Shown piece by piece: positions 1 to 8,435 of a stretch of DNA of 64,000 nt (position 1 is the first letter of the stretch; every line of letters begins with the position of its first letter). The translations under genes were made by a program, and so were the position numbers. The DNA comes from Candidatus Omnitrophota bacterium (GTDB lineage: Bacteria > Omnitrophota > Gorgyraeia > Zapsychrales > JAKLDJ01): assembly GCA_022703585.1 (NCBI GenBank), contig JAKLDJ010000001.1, positions 54,891 through 118,890 on the forward strand. Direction: 5' to 3'. The notes under the pieces were generated by a model. The model worked only from the letters and a program-made list of their open reading frames with translations, had not been told where the DNA came from and searched no databases.

Positions 1-996
1 TAACATGTCTTCGGGCTTGATATGTTTGTTCATAGCTTCTAATTCTTCGGCAATCGGAGATTCAAAACCAATACAAACCATGTTAATGCCCGCCTGGCGC
101 ATTGCTAAAAGAAGCTCCGGATCCTTGGCTTTATCCAGTCTTATTTGAGCAGTAAAATCGAGCCTTTTACCGATACGCGCTTGATAATCTTTAAGCATCC
201 GGCAAAATTGAACCGTGTCCTCGCGCTGTTGCCCGAAAAGATCATCAACAATAAAAAAGTGCCTCGCATCCCTAGTCTCGACTAAGAGCCTGATTTGCTC
301 TAGCAATCGGTCAGGGCATGCCGCGCGTGCTTGCCCCTTGACGGTGCAAAACTCACAATCCATACCGCATCCCCGGATACGCTCGACCGGATAAACTTTT
401 ATCTTGGCATACCGCACCAAAGAAAAATCCGGCAGCGGCAGTGTATCGAAATCCAACAACTGGTCCCTCGCGGAAGTGCGAATGAGTTTTCCGTCTTTTA
501 AATAGGCAATGCCTTTTATCTGAGAAATATCCCGCTTGCCTTCGATCCCCTCTAAGAGTTCTCGAATGGCCTCCTCGCCTTCTCCGATAACAACATAGTC
601 TATTCCCTGAGACAAAGCATCCATGATATTATCATCAACAAAATGCTGCCCTCCGGCGACCGTAATCACTCCTTTATCTTTATAAAGACGGGCAATCTCA
701 TAGAGCCGCGGGATCGTGCTGGTTAACCCGCCATAAATCCCAACGACATCCGCCGGCCGCTGTTGCTGCAAAAATTCATGGTCAGCACCCCTGGCTTTAC
801 TCCTCGGCCCATGCAAGCGAAGATTATTTTCATCGATAACCTCGGCATCCCAGTTGGACATTTTGTTGACATTCGTAGCCACATAAACCGGCCCCAAAGA
901 TGTCGTCATGCTTGCAATATTGGAATAGATGTTAAATGCCGGATAGGCAGGCACGATCATTCTGAATCGATATCTTTTTTTGGTAGCATTCAACAT
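1..996 (-). CDS. B12-binding radical SAM protein (class B rSAM), 5' part only; gene runs off the window start
   Basis: Minus-strand translation from ATG at 996: MLNATKKRYRFRMIVPAYPAFNIYSNIASMT... Contains CGMDCEFC (CxxxCxxC radical SAM motif) after an N-terminal B12-binding-like domain. AAGGGG RBS 6 nt upstream. Absent from the ORF track because there is no stop inside the window. Confidence 0.7.
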   Translation of the reverse strand, partial: MLNATKKRYRFRMIVPAYPAFNIYSNIASMTTSLGPVYVATNVNKMSNWDAEVIDENNLRLHGPRSKARGADHEFLQQQRPADVVGIYGGLTSTIPRLYEIARLYKDKGVITVAGGQHFVDDNIMDALSQGIDYVVIGEGEEAIRELLEGIEGKRDISQIKGIAYLKDGKLIRTSARDQLLDFDTLPLPDFSLVRYAKIKVYPVERIRGCGMDCEFCTVKGQARAACPDRLLEQIRLLVETRDARHFFIVDDLFGQQREDTVQFCRMLKDYQARIGKRLDFTAQIRLDKAKDPELLLAMRQAGINMVCIGFESPIAEELEAMNKHIKPEDML

Positions 997-1013
997 GCAC
1001 AACCCCTTGTTTC

Positions 1014-1271
1014 TTAAGTTTCCTTAAATACAAAAATAACTTTTGCAGAAGGCACACTCGTACAAACCCCTTCGCAAAAAGAATCTTTCTCCCCTTTCAG
1101 CATTGCAACACCTTTGCTGATGTCAAATACATTCGGAGCCACTTTTTTGCAGAAAACAATGCAAAGATTCTGCTCGTTCCGGCGATCTTCAGGGTTCTCG
1201 ATGACATTTCGGGGAGCAAAATATCGATAAAACTCTCCAACAGCATAATCCGGGATGATTTCCTTTTCCAT
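1014..1271 (-). CDS. Hypothetical 85-aa protein with four Cys (CIVFC...CEGVC)
   Basis: ORF with strong GGGAGGA RBS. Sits 15 bp after the receiver gene and 17 bp before the rSAM gene, so likely co-transcribed. No recognisable family. Confidence 0.5.
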   Translation of the reverse strand: MEKEIIPDYAVGEFYRYFAPRNVIENPEDRRNEQNLCIVFCKKVAPNVFDISKGVAMLKGEKDSFCEGVCTSVPSAKVIFVFKET

Positions 1272-1286
1272 ATCCTAATCCTCCCA

Positions 1287-1652
1287 TTAAAAAACTTGAT
1301 TAATTAAATCAATCAACATTTTGCCGTTAAACGGTTTTTGCAAAAATCCCACGGCCCCTGCTTTTAAAGCCCGTTCCTTAAACCCGCTATTTTTATCTCC
1401 CGAAATAAGAATAACCGGGCGCTTGGATCCTGATGCAACAATACGTTTGTGTGCTTCCCACCCGTCCATTCCCGACATATGAACATCCATAATCAAACAT
1501 CCCAAAGCGCTATACGGCACGGCACTAAAGAATTTCTCTGCCGAGGTGAATGTTTCTACTACAAAATCGTAAGTAACCAGCAGGGCTTTAAGCGCGCGGC
1601 ATACGGATTCATCGTCATCCACAATATAAACTTGTTTTTTGTCTGGCATCAT
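1287..1652 (-). CDS. Stand-alone response regulator receiver domain (CheY-like)
   Basis: VYIVDDDESVCRAL... has the D-D-K receiver signature. 121 aa with no output domain. Confidence 0.8.
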   Translation of the reverse strand: MMPDKKQVYIVDDDESVCRALKALLVTYDFVVETFTSAEKFFSAVPYSALGCLIMDVHMSGMDGWEAHKRIVASGSKRPVILISGDKNSGFKERALKAGAVGFLQKPFNGKMLIDLINQVF

Positions 1653-1761
1653 TCAGCCACATTCCTCAAACCGTATTGTTCTTTGTCTGTAGTTATAGTG
1701 TAGAAGAATGTGAAATTAAATCAATTGTACCGAGGTATAATGGCACAATTCGGAAGAATGG

Positions 1762-2388
1762 TTACGCCTTAGGGGAGATAAGTTCGGCTTTTTGGGCGAA
1801 GTGGATGAGTTCGGTGACGGTTTTAGCCTGCATCTTGTACATGACCCGGCTGCGGTGGACTTTAATCACCTGGAGAGAAGTTCCGCGCTTAAAGGCAATC
1901 TGCTTGCTTAACATCCCGTTAGCCACTAAACGGAAAACTTCAAGCTCGCGAGGCGAGAGAGTTTTGATACGCCGCCAGATTTTTGCTACCTCAGCCTGTT
2001 CTTTAATCAGGGCTTTGCTTTTTACAATAGCTTCCTCAATCGCGTTAATTAGTTTTTTTACGGTGAACGGTTTGGGAAGAAAATCTACGGCTCCTCCCTT
2101 CATCGCTTTCACGCTCTTGGGGATATTCCCATGCCCTGAAATAAAAATAATCGGGATAGCCAGCCCTTGCGTCGTCATTGTCTCCTGCAAGACAAGCCCA
2201 CTCATATTAGGGAGGCGTAAATCCGAAACGAGGCACGAGATAGTTTTGGGGTGTTTAAAAGCCAGGAAATCTTTAGCGCGCGTAAATGCCTCAACTCTAA
2301 ACCCGTGTGCTTTTAACAGTAACGCTAACGCCCTGCAGACAGAAGTATCATCGTCAACAATATAAACGATCGGACTGCCGCTGGTCAT
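1762..2388 (-). CDS. Two-component response regulator, FixJ/NarL (LuxR HTH) family
   Basis: N-terminal receiver (IVYIVDDDTSVCRAL) plus C-terminal LuxR-type HTH (LSPRELEVFRLVANGMLSKQIA). 4-bp overlap with the upstream kinase gene. Confidence 0.85.
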   Translation of the reverse strand: MTSGSPIVYIVDDDTSVCRALALLLKAHGFRVEAFTRAKDFLAFKHPKTISCLVSDLRLPNMSGLVLQETMTTQGLAIPIIFISGHGNIPKSVKAMKGGAVDFLPKPFTVKKLINAIEEAIVKSKALIKEQAEVAKIWRRIKTLSPRELEVFRLVANGMLSKQIAFKRGTSLQVIKVHRSRVMYKMQAKTVTELIHFAQKAELISPKA

Positions 2389-3758
2389 GAGACATCCTTC
2401 TTGTCGACAGAAATGGTGAAATAAAAAGTTGCCCCTCTGTCAGGATTATTCTTAGCTTCCAAACGGCCACCATGTTCTTCCACAATAGACCGGCTGATAG
2501 ACAATCCCATGCCCAAACCATCGGGCTTGCTGGTAAAAAAGTGACTGAAGAGTTTTTTCATGTTCTCCGCCGGAATACCGCAGCCCGAATCCTTCACCTC
2601 CACCAGGATCATGTTCGGACCTTTGCGAGAGGTAGAAATCACCAGTTCACGGGAATCATCGCGGCCCTCCATCGCGTCTAAACTGTTGCTGATAAGATTT
2701 AGAAGAACCTGTTGCAATTGTATTCGATCGCCGCGAATAGCCGGGAGATTCGTATCCAATTCGGTCTTAAGCACCTTGTTCCTTACGGTAACATCGGTTG
2801 CCATGAGCATGGCCGTTTCATTAATGAGAACGTTAATATCAAAAGACTCCAATGTCGGCTTACTCTTTTTCAACAACGATCTTAAGCGCCGGATAACCTC
2901 GCTGGCACGCTGGTCGTCATTAATGATATACTGCAAAATTTCTTGAAGTTGCGGCTCTCGCCCTGCCAGTATGCGCTGGGCAGCCTGAGCATAAGAGAGA
3001 ATAGCGGTTAAAGGTTGGCTGATTTCGTGGGCCAGGGAAGAGACAAACTCCGCAAGTTTCCCCACCCGCGTAACATGCAAAAGCTCCTCACGCTGCTCTT
3101 TAATCTCCAAATCCCTTTCCCGTATTAACGTAACATCAGCCTGAATCCCGACATAATGAGTAACCGTGCCGCTTGGATCACGCACCGGAGCAATGCGCAG
3201 TAAATCCCAGTATTTTTTGCCGTTCTTTTGAAAGCTGAGCATTTCTCCGTGAAAAGATTTCCCTTGAAGCATCGTATGTTTTATTTCCCGAACGATACGG
3301 GGATCAGCATCAGTTCCGTAAAGATCAAAATAATCCCGACCAAGGATCTCCCTTTTTGTATAGCCGGTCATTTTCTGAAAAGACTGATTGGTATAGATAA
3401 CGGGAAAGTTGGGCTTTTGGGCGTCGATAATAAAAATACCATCGGCGGTCGAATCCATCGCCTTGGTACGAATATGGACCTGCTCTTCCGCCAATCTGTC
3501 TTTATCTTCCCAACTCCTTATCTGGCCATTCTTAAATTTTAACTCATCCGCTTGTTGGCGAATCACCTCTCCTAAATGATTACGAGTTTTATCTTGATCA
3601 GAAGCCCGTCTCTTAAGCTGCCGGCGCTTCTGGTTACGGATACTGTTTTTCGGTAACGACTTTTTCTTTTGTCCGCTTAACTTTAAACTTATTCCGCTTT
3701 TCTTAGAAATCAGCGGTTTTTGCTTAAGCTTAGGACTTTTTTTCTTTATTGTTTTCAT
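2385..3758 (-). CDS. PAS-domain sensor histidine kinase
   Basis: Lys-rich N-terminus, PAS region, HisKA H-box (HEISQPLTAI) and HATPase_c (DSGCGIP...GLGMGLSISRSIVEEHGG). Confidence 0.85.
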   Translation of the reverse strand: MKTIKKKSPKLKQKPLISKKSGISLKLSGQKKKSLPKNSIRNQKRRQLKRRASDQDKTRNHLGEVIRQQADELKFKNGQIRSWEDKDRLAEEQVHIRTKAMDSTADGIFIIDAQKPNFPVIYTNQSFQKMTGYTKREILGRDYFDLYGTDADPRIVREIKHTMLQGKSFHGEMLSFQKNGKKYWDLLRIAPVRDPSGTVTHYVGIQADVTLIRERDLEIKEQREELLHVTRVGKLAEFVSSLAHEISQPLTAILSYAQAAQRILAGREPQLQEILQYIINDDQRASEVIRRLRSLLKKSKPTLESFDINVLINETAMLMATDVTVRNKVLKTELDTNLPAIRGDRIQLQQVLLNLISNSLDAMEGRDDSRELVISTSRKGPNMILVEVKDSGCGIPAENMKKLFSHFFTSKPDGLGMGLSISRSIVEEHGGRLEAKNNPDRGATFYFTISVDKKDVS

Positions 3759-3814
3759 TTGTAGTTATTTCCTGAATTCAAGAAAGCCACACCAGTTCCG
3801 GAATATATTTTATT

Positions 3815-3858
3815 CCAAACAAAAACCCTCTGCAATTTATTTTATGCAGAGGGTTGGA
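3815..3858 (-). terminator. Rho-independent terminator downstream of the 178-aa membrane protein gene
   Basis: aaccctctgca/tgcagagggtt stem, followed by a T-tract on the minus strand. Confidence 0.5.
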
Positions 3859-3940
3859 TATCCAAAACCATTTCCTCGCCGGAGAAAACTCATCTATCCC
3901 GCACCGTCAATCTCCTGTAATAAGTGCCGATTACAAAAAA

Positions 3941-4477
3941 TTAAAATAAAAGCGGTTTTAAAAACAAACCATATCCCAAAAGCACTATCGCGCCAAACCC
4001 AAAGATAAGGCCAACGCCCCACATGTATTTCTTTTTGACCAGTGCGCTCACCGAAGAAAGCATGATGGCAATCTGAAAGAAAACCACCGAGATCGAAAAG
4101 AAGTTTCCTTTTTGGGTCAGGAGCTTATTGAGCGCTCCCGTATCTTCGGCTTCTTTTCTTATCTGGCTTTTCTCGGCATCATAACGGCCGATTTCTTGCG
4201 TGGCAATTTTAAGCTTGCTGTCATAAGCCGCTTTCTGGATGTTGTTAGCGGCGCCGAGGATTTCGACTTCAAAAGCGTTCTTTTGACTTTCCGCCAAGTT
4301 TTGTTTGATACTTTTGGCTTGATAATACGCCCATTTGCTTGATTCAATGGCCGTCAAAAGCTGTGTCTTGGCACCGCATGCCGCTCCGCGGGCAGCGGCA
4401 ATAGCGGTCATGACCGCCAGGCAGGTTGTGGTAACGGCAACTCCCTTCATCCATTTTTCCGGTAATAGATCTGCCAT
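3941..4477 (-). CDS. Membrane protein, DUF4337-like (N-terminal TM, coiled coil, C-terminal TM pair)
   Basis: Hydrophobic N- and C-terminal segments and a central Lys/Glu-rich helical region. Confidence 0.45.
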   Translation of the reverse strand: MADLLPEKWMKGVAVTTTCLAVMTAIAAARGAACGAKTQLLTAIESSKWAYYQAKSIKQNLAESQKNAFEVEILGAANNIQKAAYDSKLKIATQEIGRYDAEKSQIRKEAEDTGALNKLLTQKGNFFSISVVFFQIAIMLSSVSALVKKKYMWGVGLIFGFGAIVLLGYGLFLKPLLF

Positions 4478-4603
4478 GCCTCGCCTCCTTTATTAAGCTA
4501 TGTTTTTGGCCAATAACGCCGGCCTTCGCACAACAAACATAATGCTAAAGCCCTCATTTCTATGGGCTGGGAAAAACTTACAGCGTCAAGATAATGACTT
4601 CTT

Positions 4604-4762
4604 TTAGCGGCCGCTATCTTTTCTTTTTGAATAACAGTCTCTGCAGTAAATGGGACGATCGCCTTTGGGCTTAAAAGGAACTTCGCATTCTTTCTTGCAA
4701 TCTGAACAAACCGCTTTATGCATCTCTCGCGGGCCTCTATCGTATCCACCTTGAAAAGCCAT
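4604..4762 (-). CDS. Small zinc-ribbon protein (CxxC-x17-CxxC), 52 aa, paralog A
   Basis: MAFQGGYDRGPREMHKAVCSDCKKECEVPFKPKGDRPIYCRDCYSKRKDSGR. AAAGGAG RBS. A near-identical paralog lies at 7930-8088 with conserved upstream DNA. The overlapping 97-aa track ORF (4498-4791) is not conserved in the paralog. Confidence 0.55.
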   Translation of the reverse strand: MAFQGGYDRGPREMHKAVCSDCKKECEVPFKPKGDRPIYCRDCYSKRKDSGR

Positions 4763-4867
4763 TGTTTCTCCTTTTTTTCTGGCGCTTTCATTCGAAAGCT
4801 CCGGGTTAATTAATTATACTGCCAGATAAAACAAATCTCACCTGAAGAAATAGGGTCCCTCTTTAGC

Positions 4868-5062
4868 CTAGCGGCCGTACGGGTTATCGGCGGTCGCGTC
4901 CTTGCCTTTATACCCTTCGGCAGCGCCTTCGGTCACGCCACCGATGGTGTCAGCCCCCTGGCCCACGACAGTACCGGCGGCTGTTGTTCCCTTCTTTACA
5001 GTTTCGCAACCGGCAACACAAATGATTCCTGCTAATATAATCATCACAAAAGAAAGTCTCAT
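4868..5062 (-). CDS. Small Gly/Ala-rich lipoprotein (signal peptide plus lipobox VAGC)
   Basis: MRLSFVMIILAGIICVAGC... 64 aa, low-complexity mature region. Confidence 0.5.
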   Translation of the reverse strand: MRLSFVMIILAGIICVAGCETVKKGTTAAGTVVGQGADTIGGVTEGAAEGYKGKDATADNPYGR

Positions 5063-5086
5063 TTTTTCCCCTTTGATTGATTCCGA

Positions 5087-5992
5087 TTATTCCTGAACAA
5101 TATCCCCTTTGGAAATCTCCTCGGCCTTGCCGCTCGTAATCTGTGCCTTGGAGAATTTCTCCTGGACTTCGCTGATCTTGATATCCGCTATTTTTGTTCT
5201 CTCGCTACCAAGATTCATCCCCGTGTCGGGATCGGTCAAGGCCTCGCCTTCTTTATAAACGGCGAACGTATTTCCTGTCTGGACACCCGCCGTCGTACCG
5301 GAATTCACGTAGACCAATCCGTCTTTAACCGTCACCACTTTCCCTTCCCAGGGGAGCGAAGACAATTTTCTGGAAAGATAGTCCACCGCCTGATCGATCG
5401 TGATCTGGATAACCTTGCCTAAAGGGGTTTTCTTAAAGTTGGAAGAATTAATGTCAATCGCCCCGCTATAACCAAGGCTGACTCCGCCCCCGGTCGATTC
5501 GCCTTCGACCCGTTTTGATTCGATAATTTCACCGGTGGTAGAATCGATCAGCTGGATAATCACCGCCATGTGCGTGGCTGATTTTTTCATCCCCAAAGAG
5601 ACCCCGTGAATCGAAAGCCCCTGCCCGCCACCAGAGGTGTCTTCTTCAAATTCGGTAATCTGACCCTTAATCAAAATCTGGGCCGGGACAATCTTTCCAA
5701 TCTTGGCCGTATTGGATTTGGCCATGCGGTCGCTCGCCGCGAGATCCTGTTCTGCCATCACCACGTCTAAGTCCTTGCGGGTCAAAACAATAAATTTTCC
5801 ACTTTGCACCAGGGCATCGGATAACTGGGTTGAAAAATCCTGCCCCAGGGTCGCGATGCTCGAATAACCCGAATCGTTTTGAAATTCAAAAACCGCCACC
5901 GTTTTCTTAAGCGCACCGGAACAAAAACCAGCCGTCGTCCATCCCAGGCTTAAAGCCACAACGGTTAAGAATATTAATACTTTGCTCTTCAT
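5087..5992 (-). CDS. CsgG/LpoB-like family lipoprotein
   Basis: Likely start MKSKVLIF...AGFC (lipobox) with AAGGAGAGGG RBS. TVAVFEFQN matches the CsgG-family 'AV..F.N' motif near the N-terminus. Family assignment is from motif memory. Confidence 0.5.
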   Translation of the reverse strand: MKSKVLIFLTVVALSLGWTTAGFCSGALKKTVAVFEFQNDSGYSSIATLGQDFSTQLSDALVQSGKFIVLTRKDLDVVMAEQDLAASDRMAKSNTAKIGKIVPAQILIKGQITEFEEDTSGGGQGLSIHGVSLGMKKSATHMAVIIQLIDSTTGEIIESKRVEGESTGGGVSLGYSGAIDINSSNFKKTPLGKVIQITIDQAVDYLSRKLSSLPWEGKVVTVKDGLVYVNSGTTAGVQTGNTFAVYKEGEALTDPDTGMNLGSERTKIADIKISEVQEKFSKAQITSGKAEEISKGDIVQE

Positions 5993-6015
5993 TGCTCCCT
6001 CTCCTTTTCTGGATG

Positions 6016-6657
6016 TTAATGACATAAGCTTTTCTCAATATCAACCGGATCCTGGATATTCGTTATGGTTTTCGCCTTTTTCCCGTTCACGGTATAAATG
6101 TTGTACACCGAACGCTGCTGGCCTTGTTGGAGGACAATATAATTATTTTTATCGGGACACCGGACCATGTTAAAATCTTCTGCCGTACCCAAAGAAAATT
6201 TATCCTCGTTCGAGAGATTGACCCCGTAGACAATATTCTCTCCCGCGGGAGTGAGCCCGAGATAATACATAAAATCCTCATCCTGTGAAAACATAACTTT
6301 ATCGTTCGCGCCGCGGGGCGTGTATTCAACAATCATGCGTCTTTTGCCGTTCTTTTTATCGGTGATCCAGACGCGTTTAACATATTTCGATTCCGATTTC
6401 TTCTTGTAGACTTCCAGGGCATGCTGGACCGGGTCGGTACTTTCTTCAACCTTCCAGCGCTTGAGGTCATAAACCGCAGGTTTCGTGGATTCTCCGGAGT
6501 CGGGTGTATGGACGACAACATAATCCTTTGAGTTAGCCCTATTCCGGGGAAGAATGTTCTCGGCAAACAGCATTTCCCTCTCCAGCACAAGGCCGCAGAT
6601 GAGAAGAATAAAAACGCCGACTTTTCTTAAATAGTGAGAATTCTTTCGCATATCCAT
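6016..6657 (-). CDS. Hypothetical secreted protein (signal peptide), probably co-operonic with the CsgG-like gene
   Basis: N-terminal hydrophobic signal. 23-bp gap to the downstream gene on the same strand. Confidence 0.45.
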   Translation of the reverse strand: MDMRKNSHYLRKVGVFILLICGLVLEREMLFAENILPRNRANSKDYVVVHTPDSGESTKPAVYDLKRWKVEESTDPVQHALEVYKKKSESKYVKRVWITDKKNGKRRMIVEYTPRGANDKVMFSQDEDFMYYLGLTPAGENIVYGVNLSNEDKFSLGTAEDFNMVRCPDKNNYIVLQQGQQRSVYNIYTVNGKKAKTITNIQDPVDIEKSLCH

Positions 6658-6804
6658 GTCATTGATCCTTATGTCTTATAGATTGAGCCGCTGAGGCACG
6701 GGATCAGACCCGCCTGACAACACCAGCAATCTGACACAAAAAGAATTATACATCAAAAATAACGGTAAATCCTAAAAAACTGTGAAAGTCCGCGGGTTTG
6801 TACC

Positions 6805-7800
6805 CTATACTGCGTGAAGCAAGACAGTTTTAAGCAAGACCGCGGACAAGAAACTTTCCTTCATTAAACCGCTCCCGCGAAATTCAATATCCTGGCCCAT
6901 GCGGCTGGACTCGATGATTTTGCGCCCGGTCTTCTTGGCCGCGATGTGCGCCCACTCTTCCAATTGCGGGCGGGAAATAGAGCTTAAGTTCGTGGAAACA
7001 AAAAGCATGCCCTCGCCGGTCAACGCGCGCAAGGCTTTTTCAATCAGCAGGGGCATATCTTTCTTAACGCTAAAAACTGTTCCCTCAAACCGCGAGAACG
7101 ACGGCGGGTCGAGAATGATGATATCAAAAAGATTATTGCGCTTCGCGGCCCGTTCCAAGTAGCGAACGGCGTGATCGCGGACAAACTCACTGCGGCCCTC
7201 ATGCAGATGGTTCAGGCGGTAATTTTCTTTTCCTTTATTTAAGAATTTCGCGCTAATATCCACATTGGTCACTCGAGTTGCGCCGAATTTCCGGCAATAC
7301 ACCCCGAACGAGCACGTATAAGCAAAACAATTTAAGACCGCGCGGCCCGGGGCATGAAAAGCCACCAACTTGCGGTTCTTGCGCATGTCCAGAAATAATC
7401 CCTGGTTAAGATGGTCATTTAAGTCCACGTGAAAACGTAAACCATTTTCTTCGACGATTGTTTGGGAGTTTCCTTGGCCGATCAAGACATCGACCGCGAT
7501 ACGGGAGGCGCTGCGGGTGCCGGACACGGTGCGGTCCTTACATACCAGGTAGGCAACTTCAAAATGTTCACACAGGGCATCGGCAATCGTTTTTTGATGC
7601 GGATGCCAACGGGCATCGAGGATATAGACCACAAAATGCTGGTTGAAACGGTCAATGATCAGCCCCTCAAGGCCGTCGCCTCGGCTATTGACCAAACGCA
7701 GTGCATTGGTAGCGAGCCCTAAGGATTCACGATAACTGAACGCGTTTTTCAACCGAAGAGTGATTTCTGCGGGGGAATAGGACGTTAAAGACATAAACAT
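6805..7800 (-). CDS. Class I SAM-dependent rRNA methyltransferase, RlmI-like (PUA plus MTase)
   Basis: VLNCFAYTCSFG (SAM-binding motif I analogue), DIIILDPPSFS (motif IV DPP), overall RlmI/YccW architecture. Confidence 0.65.
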   Translation of the reverse strand: MFMSLTSYSPAEITLRLKNAFSYRESLGLATNALRLVNSRGDGLEGLIIDRFNQHFVVYILDARWHPHQKTIADALCEHFEVAYLVCKDRTVSGTRSASRIAVDVLIGQGNSQTIVEENGLRFHVDLNDHLNQGLFLDMRKNRKLVAFHAPGRAVLNCFAYTCSFGVYCRKFGATRVTNVDISAKFLNKGKENYRLNHLHEGRSEFVRDHAVRYLERAAKRNNLFDIIILDPPSFSRFEGTVFSVKKDMPLLIEKALRALTGEGMLFVSTNLSSISRPQLEEWAHIAAKKTGRKIIESSRMGQDIEFRGSGLMKESFLSAVLLKTVLLHAV

Positions 7801-7929
7801 TCTGTTTCCGTCACTGCAACCTGCTCGGAAAAATTACCAAGCGTGAAACTATAAACAATAAACCTCTTACAACACATCCGATGTAAAAGGTTTATTGCTC
7901 ATTCGCTATTTTGGAAAAACAGCGCCCTT

Positions 7930-8088
7930 TTAGCGGCCGCTATCCCTATGCTTCGAAAAACAATCCCGGCAATAAACCGGACGGTCTTCACGCGGTTTGA
8001 AAGGGACTTCGCATTCTTTTTTGCAATCGGCACAAATCGCTTTGTGCATCTCTCTTGGGCCTTTGTTGTACCCGTCTTGAAAAGCCAT
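7930..8088 (-). CDS. Small zinc-ribbon protein (CxxC-x17-CxxC), 52 aa, paralog B
   Basis: MAFQDGYNKGPREMHKAICADCKKECEVPFKPREDRPVYCRDCFSKHRDSGR. About 80% identical to paralog A. The -10 region, UTR hairpin and RBS are conserved. Confidence 0.55.
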   Translation of the reverse strand: MAFQDGYNKGPREMHKAICADCKKECEVPFKPREDRPVYCRDCFSKHRDSGR

Positions 8089-8435
8089 CTTGGCTCCTTT
8101 GTCTGGCGCTTAAAATGAAAGCGCCGGGTTAATAGGCTATAACTTCCGGATAAATAATGTTTAACTCAAAACTGGGACATCTCTCCGGCTACATGAGAAA
8201 AGCCCCTTCCTAGTTTAATAGCGGTATTATATGGGCAATATTACTTTATGGCAAGAAATTTCGGATTTCAGAGAAGTGCCCCCTCGGATTCTTCCGCGCT
8301 ACAAAGCCCAAACGCGAAATCCTCAGGAGAAGAAGCATCCTATTTGTCTGGTATTTTTTAGGAAGGACTGCCAGGACGGCCACCGGGGTAGAAAAATATC
8401 CCCTTACGTCTGCTCCTGCAGGATGAACGCTGAAT

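Noticed and set aside
1676-2365. 229-aa plus-strand ORF
   Set aside because: Entirely antisense to the well-supported FixJ-type response regulator gene. No RBS and no domain signature.
4498-4791. 97-aa minus-strand ORF overlapping the zinc-ribbon gene
   Set aside because: Different frame from the 52-aa CxxC protein. Its reading frame is not preserved in the paralogous locus at 7930-8135, whereas the 52-aa frame, RBS and promoter are.
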